Part shown: one piece after another, positions 10,050 to 21,505 of the stretch
How the letters are laid out: the number at the start of each line of letters is the position of its first letter
How positions within the stretch are numbered: position 1 is the first letter of the stretch
Origin: Podarcis pityusensis
Lineage: Eukaryota
DNA length: 64,000 bases
Reading direction: 5' to 3' (one strand)
Assembly: GCA_964106645.2 (NCBI GenBank)
Contig: OZ067042.1
Program-made: the position numbers and the translations under genes
Notes under the pieces: generated by a model
Told to the model about the DNA's origin: nothing
What the model saw: only the letters and a program-made list of their open reading frames with translations
Databases searched by the model: none

Positions 10050-13000
10050 AGGAAGGTGGTGACAGACTCTGGACATTGTGAGGCACTTGCACACCAGAGA
10101 GATAGGTGGTCCTGCCCTGTGGTGGGCTGTCACCAAAGGGAATTGCCCTTTGGCTCACCATGAGGGCAAGTGTGTCATTGCCTTTTCAGTCTGTGTTTGA
10201 ATGTGTGAGGGTGTTTGGAACTGAGGGTGGCATGTTTGATGGGTGCTCCTGGGTGAAAGTAGGAAGCATCTTGCTGAGCTGCAGTGGTGCCCTAAGTAAG
10301 AGCTAGGATACCAGGGTGCACAAGATGATATAAGAGGCCAACTAGTGACTGCATACCCAGTATTGAGTGTTTGAGAATGACAGTGGCATGTTTCAGAGGT
10401 GCTGCTGGGTACCTAGTGGTTGATACTGGGGCTTTACTGAGAGCTAGGGTACTAGGGGTGTAATAGGATTTTGTGAGTGATGGGACTGGACCATTGCTGC
10501 CATCTAACAACTTCTGGCACCAACCTAATCTAAATGATAACCCTCAGCACCCACCCAGTATCGATGACACAACTCCACAGTCCCATCACTCACAATATAT
10601 AGGTACAGTGGTACCTTGGGTTAAGAGCTTAATTTGTTCTGGAGGTCCATTATTAACCTGAAACTTCTCTTAACCTGAGGTACCACTTTAGCTAATGGGG
10701 CCTCCCGCTGCCGCGCACTTTCTGTTCTCATCCTGAAGCAAAGTACTTAACCCGAGGTACTATTTCTGGGTTAGCGGAGTCTGTAATCTGAAGCATCTGT
10801 AACCTGATGCGCCTGTAACCTGAGGTACCACTGTATCTATCAGATGAATATAAACTGGTAATTGGTTAAAGTGGATGCGTAATATATATGATAGTGGATG
10901 TATGTATGAATGGTGGGTGCATAGTGGTGCTGAGAGTGCCTGGGTGAGTGGAATATCGGTCCAGTGTTTGCCTGGGCGATTACAGCAGAGGAAAGATCAC
11001 TAGATGTGCCTCCATATCAGTGGTAACTGGCAGGAGGAATTATAGCATTGTAGGCGGATAAGACATCGATGGAGTAGGGACACTGCATGCATGCTGTACC
11101 CCCTTCTATCTCTCCATCTATCTGATATTTGTTAGCTCCATTGAAATGTTTCCCAGTCTGGCGGCACTGTTATTTAACATGAAGTCTGTATGCAATAAGA
11201 CCATATCTGGTGGGCAAGCTGGCTGGAGTGGATTTGACCCAGCTTTGCCTGCCTAGGAATTTGGTGCAGCTTTTCCCATCTGGGTATTGTTGCAGCGATA
11301 TGTTTAAAAGTGCAGTGAGAGGCGTAACTTGCCATGTTTATCTCCAAGGGCTCTAAGCATAGGATGATCATGGCAGCTTCAGTAGCAATGGTGTTCTTAA
11401 TCACTCTACTATAAACAACTGGCAGGCTATAGTCCAAACAGTTCCTGCACCTCTACATTCCATTAAATGCCTTTGGACCAAAACATACATTTAGTTCTTT
11501 TGAAAATAATATTTTAATCTTTTAAAATCTTCTCTGTCACAGTTGCAGCTTCCCTGAAAACACTCTCTCCACTTGGCCTATATATCTATATCTATATATC
11601 TGTGGGTGTGAAGGAGGTAGTTGGGAGACATTTTTCACTACTGGGATGCTTCTTCCTTGTTAACAGGATGCAGAGACAACTTATAAGTCACTTTCTGGGA
11701 AGGAGGGGCTTCCAACTTACAGAGTAATCCTGACCTTGGCAGGATGTGCCTAGGCTTCTAATTTCATGGTGGGCCCAGTCCTTCATTACAGCCCTAGCAA
11801 AAAGTCTCTGCCTGTTTGTTCCACAATTCCAAAAATCTCTGAACTGCCTTCACAGGCTAGTCAACAATGGCAAGAGCCCATTTCACCTCTCATAGTCCAT
11901 AGACTATGAAAATTTGAATCGTGTTTGTATCCTAGGTTAACTCACTTCTCAGCCTGACCGTAAGTGTGTAAACAAAGAATTGGCCCGAAGTCTGAAGGGT
12001 CTTGAGAAAAGGAACCTAGGCATTATGACAGAAATTTGTGCAGATTCATGGACACCAGGAACTAAATTGTTGTGTCAGGGGCATGAAGAGTGTGGATCAG
12101 ATCTGTAGCCCTAGAGTTCCTAGAACAGCTATAAGTGTGGGATAGGTCCTAGGAAAGATGTATTCCTGCTTGACAGTAAACTAGGTAGCAGCTGAGTCCC
12201 TTCCACATCAAAGGTTTTGGTTGTTGCTCCAAACTAAGGTAAAGCTCAGTTAAGTTCTGGGCAAATGAGCCACCAACTTATAGACTCCATTTAATAGTGG
12301 AATGAAGAGGACTGGTTTCAGTTGGGCATTCCACTGCTAGAGCTTTCAAGTGCTTACCTAGCTAGGAAGCCCACAACCTAGAGCCTAATAGCTTAGAATT
12401 AGTGGTCCTCATTGAAGCAAAGCAGAATTATCAGCTGGCACTCCTGCATTTGAAAAACAGACTTCTACAAAAGTATGTTAGGGTGTTCACAAGTAACGCC
12501 AAAGTAAAGGTTTGCATCTATTGATGAGGAGTGGTAATGTTGTAAGCTGCTCACAAGGAAACGATAAGCATCATTAAGTAGATTCTAGGCAGAATGACTC
12601 CTCTAGTATCTAAGAGTACAACATATGACTAAAGTAGAAAATACCACGGCTGACTATCTTGACTACCAAAACATAGATGAAGATGTAGGACTGACCCATA
12701 TTCATCCAAAATAGATACTATGCCATCACAAGAATTGTGGAGGCTACCAGTGCATACAGAACACTTTTCTTTTAATCAGAATGGGTTCTGTGGGGCAGAA
12801 AGTTTCCAAGGTCATTATTACAGTGTGACTTTGCAAGTAATATGGAAGCTTATCAGACAGAGCACATCCATCCTTTTTGGAGTGGTGGTCATTCCTTTTG
12901 GTAAAGAGCACCAATGAGGGAGACAAGTAGAGTGGCCACCTAGACCTTTGCACACACACCCTCCAAATCCTGTTAAGTTGCCTTCTTTGCCTTGGTGGAG

Positions 13001-13050
13001 GATCCTAAATGAAATGCTACAGCATAAGTAGGCCAGGAGTACCCCATCCA
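10050..13050 (+). mobile_element. Highly decayed DIRS-type (tyrosine-recombinase) retrotransposon fossil
   Basis: Colinear frameshifted remnants. Gag-like MAASVAM..NWQA..SKQFLHLYIPLNAFG (11370-11477). RT-like FMVGPVLHYSPSKKSLPVCSTIPKIS (11763-11840; cf. FAVG..HYQY.ALPFGLS.AP.VF). RNase H-like QLALLHLKNRLLQKYVRVFTSNAKVKVCIY (12432-12521) and LRVQHMTKVENTTADYL (12610-12660). Methyltransferase-like QVIWKLIRQSTSILFGVVVIPF (~12834-12900). Boundaries are approximate. Confidence 0.62.
10606..10833. mobile_element. Tc1/mariner (Tigger-like) MITE
   Basis: TA|CAGTGGTACCT...AGGTACCACTG|TA, i.e. TIRs with TA TSD. Same family as 21264-21505; nested in the DIRS remnant. Confidence 0.9.
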
Positions 13051-15912
13051 GCTTGGCGGGGTTGGGGGTGGAGTAACTGCTCTTGAAATGCAATTGTTGG
13101 AGAATGTCCTGTCACCTCATGTGAGACTAACATTTTCTTTACTTTTAATGTTCATTTCAGGTTGTTGTGTGGGGAAGAACATTATTCCTGTCCTTGCTCT
13201 TCTTTCTTACTGTCATCTGCATTTCAGTCAGTTTGAGAGCTGGGAATGACTTATCTCTCTCTCTCTCTGCCTCTTTCAGTTACTCTGTTAATAGTGGATT
13301 TTGTTTCCTTCTGTAACACTTTTATTTAGTAAAGTCATAGAGAGATGCAAGGAGAGAACATCCTCTCTTGCCCCCCACTCTTCAGGAAGTAATTTCTAAT
13401 TTGACAGTCTTGTGTTTTTGATGGAAGGGCATCCCAGTGGTGAAGAATGCTCTCATTCTACATCTTGGAATGAAAATTCATTGCGTGGAGAACATTACTT
13501 TCCGTAGTTTCAGAGCCTTTCCAGTTTTATGCTCAGAATCAATTCATCTTGGTGCAGCCATGAAAATTGGATTTCTTTCCTTTCTGCGTACTTTTAAAGG
13601 ATATGTATTGATACCTCCATTGGAGTCCTTGAAACAAAATGAGCATGAGTCAGAAATTTACTGGATGTTATTTTCTCAGGAAGGGGGATTGCTATATAGC
13701 CTGCAGATTTAATATCCTTTCTGTGTATCTATGATCGGCCTTTGTGCACAATATCTCTGCTCTTTCGCTTGTGGGTGGTCTGGCTGAGGAGAGAGCTGTA
13801 TGCAAGACCATTTTATAATAATCCAGCCTCATTGTTGCATTTCTCAAAAGACCTGCTGCTGAATACTCAGCAGTGTACCAAGATTATCCTGAAAGTCTTA
13901 GTGTTCAGGAATTGAACATGCAGATAACCAAGCAATCTCATCTTGCAGATGAATAAATCTCCTTTTTTCTGGTAGGGTTTCTCTCAGGTCTGGTTCAGGC
14001 ATTTGAGCCCATAATAGTGTCCTTCACCTGTTGTGAACTGGCTTTGGCAGCAAGGGCACATGTTGCTGCCATCTCACAAATGACACTCTGTGCAAGGTTG
14101 ACAAGTATATGTGCAATTCACCCAATGTATGTCTTCTTCCTACACCTGTTGGAAGGGGGAGAGGAACATGCAAATCCAGCTGTATGCTCATGATAGCTTA
14201 GCTCACATACATGATACTTTCACTGCCACTATTTTTTGGGTGGTATTCAGTCACATACAGACAAATGTAGATTGCACTATTATAGTTGATTAGGAGGTCT
14301 TGTGCAACAAACCTGAAGGTAAAGAAAGGGACAGAGAAATGTGTTGGAAATTGTGGGACAGCACTTGTTTTGATGCAACATTGTCTAAACTCCCTGCAAA
14401 GAAAGCAGGATAAATGCTCAATAAATGGGTCATCTGGGAGCGGCCACAATGTTGTTCACATGGTGTTGGGCACATGCTCTCTAGTAAAAAGGAGATTAAC
14501 ATGGGCTGAATGTTTGAATTGGGTCTAGTGAAACATTCCAACATTCTCTCCATAACACAGGAAATAGCACAAGAATTCTGCAGTCCTCATCTATGGGAGC
14601 CAAGAACATATTGGATGGTATTGTTCCTTTAGGCAGAGGGTAGTGAGAAATATAGGGCAAGAGTGTATTATATAGTATCGGAGAGTGACCCTCCCCCTCC
14701 TTTGGCCCTCCAATCAATACTTGCACAGGGATTGTAGGAAAAGCCTCATGTATTCTGTGCTGCTGCCTACTACAGATTGACTCATCTACACTCCTAAAAC
14801 TGTGTGTGGGTACATGATAATGGTAAAATACTTTGTTTATTGCAAAGCTCATTCATTACATGATTTGAACTTGACAGGGTATATCAAGACCCTGGAGTAA
14901 CCAGGTCTGATATTTTAAAAATAATATAATATGAATAATGGAAGATTCTATCTGACATTGGCAAAAGATGAATAAACAGATTCACAAGCTGTCAGATCTG
15001 CAACAGTGATATCTCAGAAAGTTAATTGGACTGTGGCAAAAATCTTCATCCCATTGAAGTGATAAAACATCTTAATGGCTGTGGCTTGTGCAGACTTGTG
15101 TGTTTAGCTGTCCCTGATGCATTATCTTGTCCATTATGAGTACTGAATTATAGTCACTTGAAGTGAGGCTTATGTAAAACATTAAATCATTATCCTCTTC
15201 TCAGTCAAGGAACTACAGAAGAGCAATTCACTCTGTTTAGAAACTAACCAGAATAATGACTTTCATATGTCTGGAATATGCACCCCTAATCTATGGCATC
15301 TAATTTTTTATCAAAATGATTCTAAAACAGGTTTTACATTGTTTACTAAAATCATCTGTCTCCAAGGGCTATTTGGTATGGACTGAATGGCTGAAAGGCT
15401 CATCTCCACAACTTTTGGAAATACTATCAGTGTGATGTTATCCACCTCTCTGTCCTAAGGAAAATCCAGTTTGTTGATAAGAGAGCAAGTTATCATGGCA
15501 CAAAGGCAGGGAATGAGGAATGCTAGTTGACAAAATGGTAGCCAGCCAAACTGATAGGCTGAAATGCAGAGTTAGCTTTAAAAAAGATGGAAATAAGTTG
15601 AACAACCCATCCTATAGACTCATCTACTTTCCTTCTAGTTAGTGAAGAGCTAAAGTTGCACATGCAGCCCTTTTCATGAGTGGCTTTTTGAAATGCTGCG
15701 GTGTAGAGGCTGTTCATAGGAAGCAGTGATGTGTTTATGTAAACTTAAAGCAACTGCCCATACAATTTCTGCAGTTGTCATCATACCTTCATAGAACACC
15801 TTTTATAGGTAGTGATGGTGTGGTGGAGGGAGCTGTGATGCTATGGTGAACATTGTCATAACTGCACAGGGAATTTCTTCAATAATAATAATATAATATA
15901 ATATAAAATTGC

Positions 15913-16371
15913 TGTCAGGGGACTGCCACTGGAACAGGGGAGGGAGGCAGGGGGGCTGTTGGGATACAGAGAGCCTCCAAAACTCCTGAGGAGCAGTTCC
16001 TCTTCCAGCGGTGGGAAAAGCCACACCTCCAGTGGAGAAGAGAGGAGAGGGGCCAGCCAAGGGAGGAAAGGGCTTGAGGATGCTGCTGGGAGCCCCAGCG
16101 CCTCACCTAGCCAGGCTGGCCAGGAGGGACACATGCCCCTTCAGTCGCCCAGCTTGCGCAGAGGGGTGAAACGCAAGGAGGAGGCTTGGGGTGCTGAAGT
16201 TCTTACGTTGGGGGAGAAACCGGAAGGGGCCAGCCCCGGATTCTGCAAGTGACTGAGACGGATATCAGCTTTGTGGATCTGCACTGTAAATAGTTTGCAC
16301 AATAAAACCTGTAAAAGCCAGGTCGGAGTCCTGCCTGGTTACTCATGAGCAACTATCACCAGCATCTGACA
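15913..16371 (+). mobile_element. Solo LTR (Gypsy-like), 459 bp
   Basis: Termini TGTCAG...CTGACA, perfect 5-bp TSD ATTGC (15908-15912 and 16372-16376), GC-rich body, AATAAA at 16301-16306. Confidence 0.88.
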
Positions 16372-19300
16372 ATTGCCCTTAGACCTGCGGGTATAGGGCA
16401 GTATAGAAATTTTAATAATAATAATTAATGTGCTTCAAGCACCTGTCTTCCTTACAGGTGACTGGATATATGAATTGGACTTTGCTCTGTAAAGCAGAAA
16501 ATGACCTGGAAATCAGTGTGAATGTGTGAATGTTTTCCTGCCATATACAGAAAACTAGAATGCAGCTGACATGCTGATGGGTGTGCATATCCAGCAAACT
16601 GCATGTGGCATGACATAACGATTATCATTAGAGCTGACATGAAGTATTGTCATGCTTAGGTGTCTAACATGATGGATTCTTGAACTGGCAGAGTCACAAC
16701 CATAGAGATGTGGGTTATTTTGTTCATCTTCTGCTTAGTTCCAGTATGCAGGAATGCGTAATATTGTGTAGATGGAAAATAGTAACCTTTGCATTTTGCT
16801 CTTTGGCATTGATATGCCAAGGTTTTTATTTTTACCTTTCATGAATTCTTCATATCCTCAGATTTCCATTTGATCATCTATTTTGGTGTACTTCCAGATT
16901 GCAGGACACACAGCAGTTGTGCTACTCTGTCACTATCTCAATGGGTTTTGTAACTTCAGCTGGTTTCTCCTCCTTCTGGACTTACTAGGTTGGCATATGC
17001 AACCATAGCATCATCATTTCCCCCTTTCAGGCCTGGCAGCTGTATCTTCACTTCCCAACCTTAAAGCATCATTACAGCCAAACAGTGCATTGTCTTGCTC
17101 AGTGCAGTTTCTTGACAGAATGAGTAGATATGGCTCAAGAAGCCATGACAGAGGCCTGAGGATTTTGCTGCAGCACATAATTTCCTGGCGTTAACTCAGA
17201 AGTGCTGGCATTCTTACTTCCTACCATCTAAAAAGTCAAAGAGCATATATTGTCCTCAGAAATCCTGACTTCCTAATACCCAGGTATACATGCTTATTCT
17301 TCCTAGTGGTAGAAAAAGCATGTTATCACGATTACTCAAGACAGTAGCATGTTCTTACCCCATTGCTGTTCTTGTCTGAAAATAGTCCAGAATCCTACCA
17401 ATGTGTGCAACTACAAAGTAGTCATGCAGCATCATGGGTTCCTTGCTGTAGACTCCTGACCTACAAGAGCTCAGTTACATGGGTGCAGATGGCACTGATA
17501 TAAGTGTTACATTTTAGCTTCCTGATTTTTAAATTGTACTTGTTTCAAATGTTACTTTTTCCCAACATGGAGACTCATTAATCCTGCAGTTGGGATAAGT
17601 ATTCTTCCTAGAGTCCTTGAAGGGATGAGATTTTTCAATAGCTGCTCAAAATGACTTTGAGGGTTAAGGTTTCTGCTGTGCAGAATTTGTAATATCAATG
17701 TCTGTTGATGAGAGGCTGTCAAACACTGTCTTCAGCTTTTGATGCTTATATCCTTGGTATACTAAATAACAGCAGCTATAAGTTATTCGCAAATTCTCCA
17801 AAAGGCTTTAAACCCATTACTGGATGTTGTTGGTGAATTATTTAATGGGTAATCTAGTAACAACACTATAACAATGCAAGAGCTCATAAGATGAATCCAC
17901 AGCCTATGGGGGATGGGGAAGACTATGAGATTGAATTACTTGGTACTGCTACTAATATGGGAGGAATAGTAATATTCTAAAGTTGTGCTTGAGTTCACAA
18001 CTGCATGGAGGAGGGGAAAAAAGCTTCACCTTTTGGTTGGTACTGGCCTCATGTCCTGTTACAATGATGGAGACAAATGTGCCGATTCAGTTTCATTATG
18101 CCTGCCTGTCTCCCCCGCCCCCCAAGAGCTTTCACAAGCAGGACCCACAACAAAATGGTACCATGTGGCGTGCTCATGTTCAGGGTTAGAGCCAACCAAT
18201 CAGCCAGGAAACTCCCTTCCCTTCCCCCAATCCCATTTTCTGTTTCTCAAGCAATAGCTCTCAGCATTCTGTGGCCACTGAGTTATCATTGTGCTTAAAA
18301 AAATAACTCTTCATTACCTCCCACCCCATAGTTTTTGCATACTTCTGCAAATCTTGGTATTCTCCCAAGCTTGCTGGCCCCCCATGTGTGTGGATGATGT
18401 TATTGTCTCTACATTGGTATTCAGAGAATGAGCTCCTTAATAGTAGACAGTAGACTGAAGTATTGAAATCATAATCATTTTATTTCCTTCTTATGTCATT
18501 AACCTTTTCTGACAGATGGCACTCAGAAAGTAATAATTTAAATTGAGTGCATGTTAATAATTTTTCATAAAGACACCAGTTTGGTATCAAGAAAGGGAAG
18601 AATGAAATGATCCCCTTTCCTTTTACATTTTTAGAAACTGGATTTGAAGGGTTAGCCCTAACTATAGTGCAATGCTCACATACCTTATTCTTGCACATGA
18701 GCATTAAGAACGTTCTTACTTATTATGAAGTGGTTTACAGTGTAAACAAATTAACAAGTTCCAAGACCCTCTCCTGGCTGCCAGATGGACTTCACACGGA
18801 GGATGCTTATGAATTCTGTAAATAATGTCTTTGCATAATATAAATATGACATTTTTAGAAATCAAGGAATGGTGGCATAATGTTTATGCTATTCTTAAGA
18901 ACATGATTCTTCTAGAACATGAGAAAGAAAACAAATGGTATTTCAGCCATTTTATTGGCTTAATGAAAAATGTTTCCTGAGGGAACTTGTATCAGTTTAC
19001 TCCTAGGAAACTGTGCATGGGATTGCAGTCATACTGAATCATAAAGTGGATTTTATGCATTGTACCACTGCTCTTTGAGTAGTGTATAATAGTGGACCAA
19101 CATAACTCACTTCATTTTACGGACTCTCTTGGAGGTATGATGAACTCCTGTGCTCCAGAATTTACCACTACACCACTGATTCTGCTCTTATTTGGCACTT
19201 GAGAGAGCAGTATGTCCAAGTGTAGTAGAACTACCATGCTGTTTCTATCCTGTGCTTCTGACTTTCCTGTGGACATAACTATTTGTCACACCTAATACTG

Positions 19301-21263
19301 CTCTGGTCTCCTCCTTGTTGAGAGGCAAATGCCCTTCTACTTGGGTGAATGGGTAGATAGCTAGCAGTAATGCTTTAGTTACTTTTGTATGGTGTTCAGT
19401 GGTTATGTATCGGGTCATATTCTTCATGCTGACAATTAACGTGGGAGTGGGAATCAGCATTCTATTTCACATCAAAAGCAGATACCAACAGTACTTATTA
19501 AAAAGTAAGGATTGGTTGCTGAAGAAAGATTTGGGATCACATTTGGGTTGCTGGAGCACATGGAAGTCAGCACAGAATAATTGACACCACTTAAAGGATT
19601 TCTACGTGCATGATGTTTAATATAATTTTGTACATAGTGTTGGAGCCTCTGGAGGAAAATGGGGAGTGGGGGAGGATGAATAGCATACTTCAAATACTCT
19701 GGCCTTTGATCTGTTTCCATCGTACTGGGATGAGGGAAGCAAACAGCAAATATCAACAGAAGCTATAGGCTGTGTCAATTTGTGCACCAGTGCACTTGAG
19801 TCATCTCAGATTCCTGTGTCACACTCTCCATAGCAACCTGCTTTCGGCATTAAACTATCCATCCATCCAAATAGCTATTAGCGTAGATGCTTACTCTGCT
19901 GGTGCCCAGGAAACCTGACGCTCATGTAAAACTGCTACGAACGAGATTTAAAACGTTCTTCAGTTGAAAAGCAAGACAATCAAAAGGCTGGTTCCTACAT
20001 GGATCACTTCCTTTTGAACAATTCAAAAGTTGAGCATGTGCACACTTGATTTCATTTGTGCTTTACAACTTTGGAGATTTCCCATGGTTTGATTGCCAGA
20101 AAGGCATTGCAGTGGTGTTGCGGTCCAAAAAAAATCCCACCTCCAAAGTACTGTTGTTCGGTGACTACGTGATGTGCTTTTTCTTCTTGCTTGTTTACCT
20201 GTATATTTCTGGTGGTGGCTATGTGGTATTGCTTATGGAATAAGCTCACTGATCTGGAAAAAATTAAATCTAATAAAGGAATGTAGATTAAGTTGAGTGG
20301 ATTTCAAGTTTGCTTATGTCCTTTCCACATGTGACAAGGTGGAGGCATAATGCTAGATGTTGATATAACTAACTTTGCAGAAACTTTTACAAACTTAAAT
20401 ATCTGTTCATTGTCTTTTTTTTTAATGAAATACAAATATCACAAAATGAGCAATTAGGCAAGAGTGGTCCATCCAGTTATATCAGTCATAGCTCCTGAGC
20501 TGGAATTTGATATTTGTTAAGAGGATAAGAGGATGGGGCGTAGGATTTACAAGCAGGTGAGAAGCAAGATCCCTGGATCACATGTGGCCCTTTCTAATCA
20601 CTAGACCTACAAATGAGATCAAGCATCTTCATCTGTTTTGAATACATTCCATCATTTTCAGTATAAAAACTGGAAAAGTGCTACAAAATGTTTTCATCTT
20701 GAGCATGGGGGTTGGAAGTACAGTTTCTTCAACTATATGTCGCCTCAGATATGGTCTCACGGCACAGCAGGCCACCATTTTGCTGAACCTAAGCTGATCT
20801 GGGTCTGGTTAGTGCCTGGATGGATGTAGATGAAATCCACATTTCTTCTACTCAAATCCCATCTTGAAAGGTTACAAACATAAGAAAATACATAATCACA
20901 GCAATTTGCCTCTTGGTTTCCTGCACTTCTGCACTTCTTCATCCTTTGTATATTTATGCTAGAGGTTTGAAATGGCCAGGTGCCTTTTAGCTAGCTACAC
21001 AAAGATTGGCACTGGGAGTAGCAAGGAAGTAGGCATAGACCCCAAAGACCCTAAAGAGTGACCTACTCAACCCCAACAGATTCCAATAAATAAATGCATA
21101 TTTCTGTTTTGTTTTGTTTTAGTAGTACACTATTTTATTTGACAAGTGGGCAGGAACTTGATCATTTAGATCCATTGGCTACCTGAACTGCAGCTGCATG
21201 CCCATATTTACTGTACCATGGTGAAAGCAGCTTTATAATGTTACAGGATGCTTTTTATAGATA

Positions 21264-21505
21264 CAGTGGTACCTCAGGTTAAGTACTTAATTCGTTCCGG
21301 AGGTCCATTCTTAACCTGAAACTGTTCTTAACCTGAAGCACCACTTTAGCTAATGGGGCCTCCTGCTGCCGCCGCGCTGCCGCAGCCCGATTTCTGTTCT
21401 TATCCTGAAGCAAAGTTTTTAACCTGAAGCACTATTTCTAGGTTAGCGGAGTGTGTAACCTGAAGCGTATGTAACCTGAAGCGTATGTAACCCGAGGTAC
21501 CACTG
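21264..21505. mobile_element. Tc1/mariner (Tigger-like) MITE
   Basis: TA|CAGTGGTACCTCAGGTTA...TAACCCGAGGTACCACTG|TA with internal TAACCTGAAGC repeats. Confidence 0.92.

Noticed and set aside
13250-13300. Acceptor-like (CT)n...tttcag in intron 3 as a cryptic exon
   Set aside because: The tract is a CT microsatellite, and I found no convincing donor or coding similarity downstream.
15803-16252. Four overlapping ORFs in a GC-rich patch
   Set aside because: They overlap the solo LTR, whose high GC content suppresses stop codons.
21300-21500. Repeated TAACCTGAAGC units as a CRISPR-like array
   Set aside because: These are subterminal repeats inside a TA-flanked MITE in a vertebrate intron, with irregular spacing and no cas genes.
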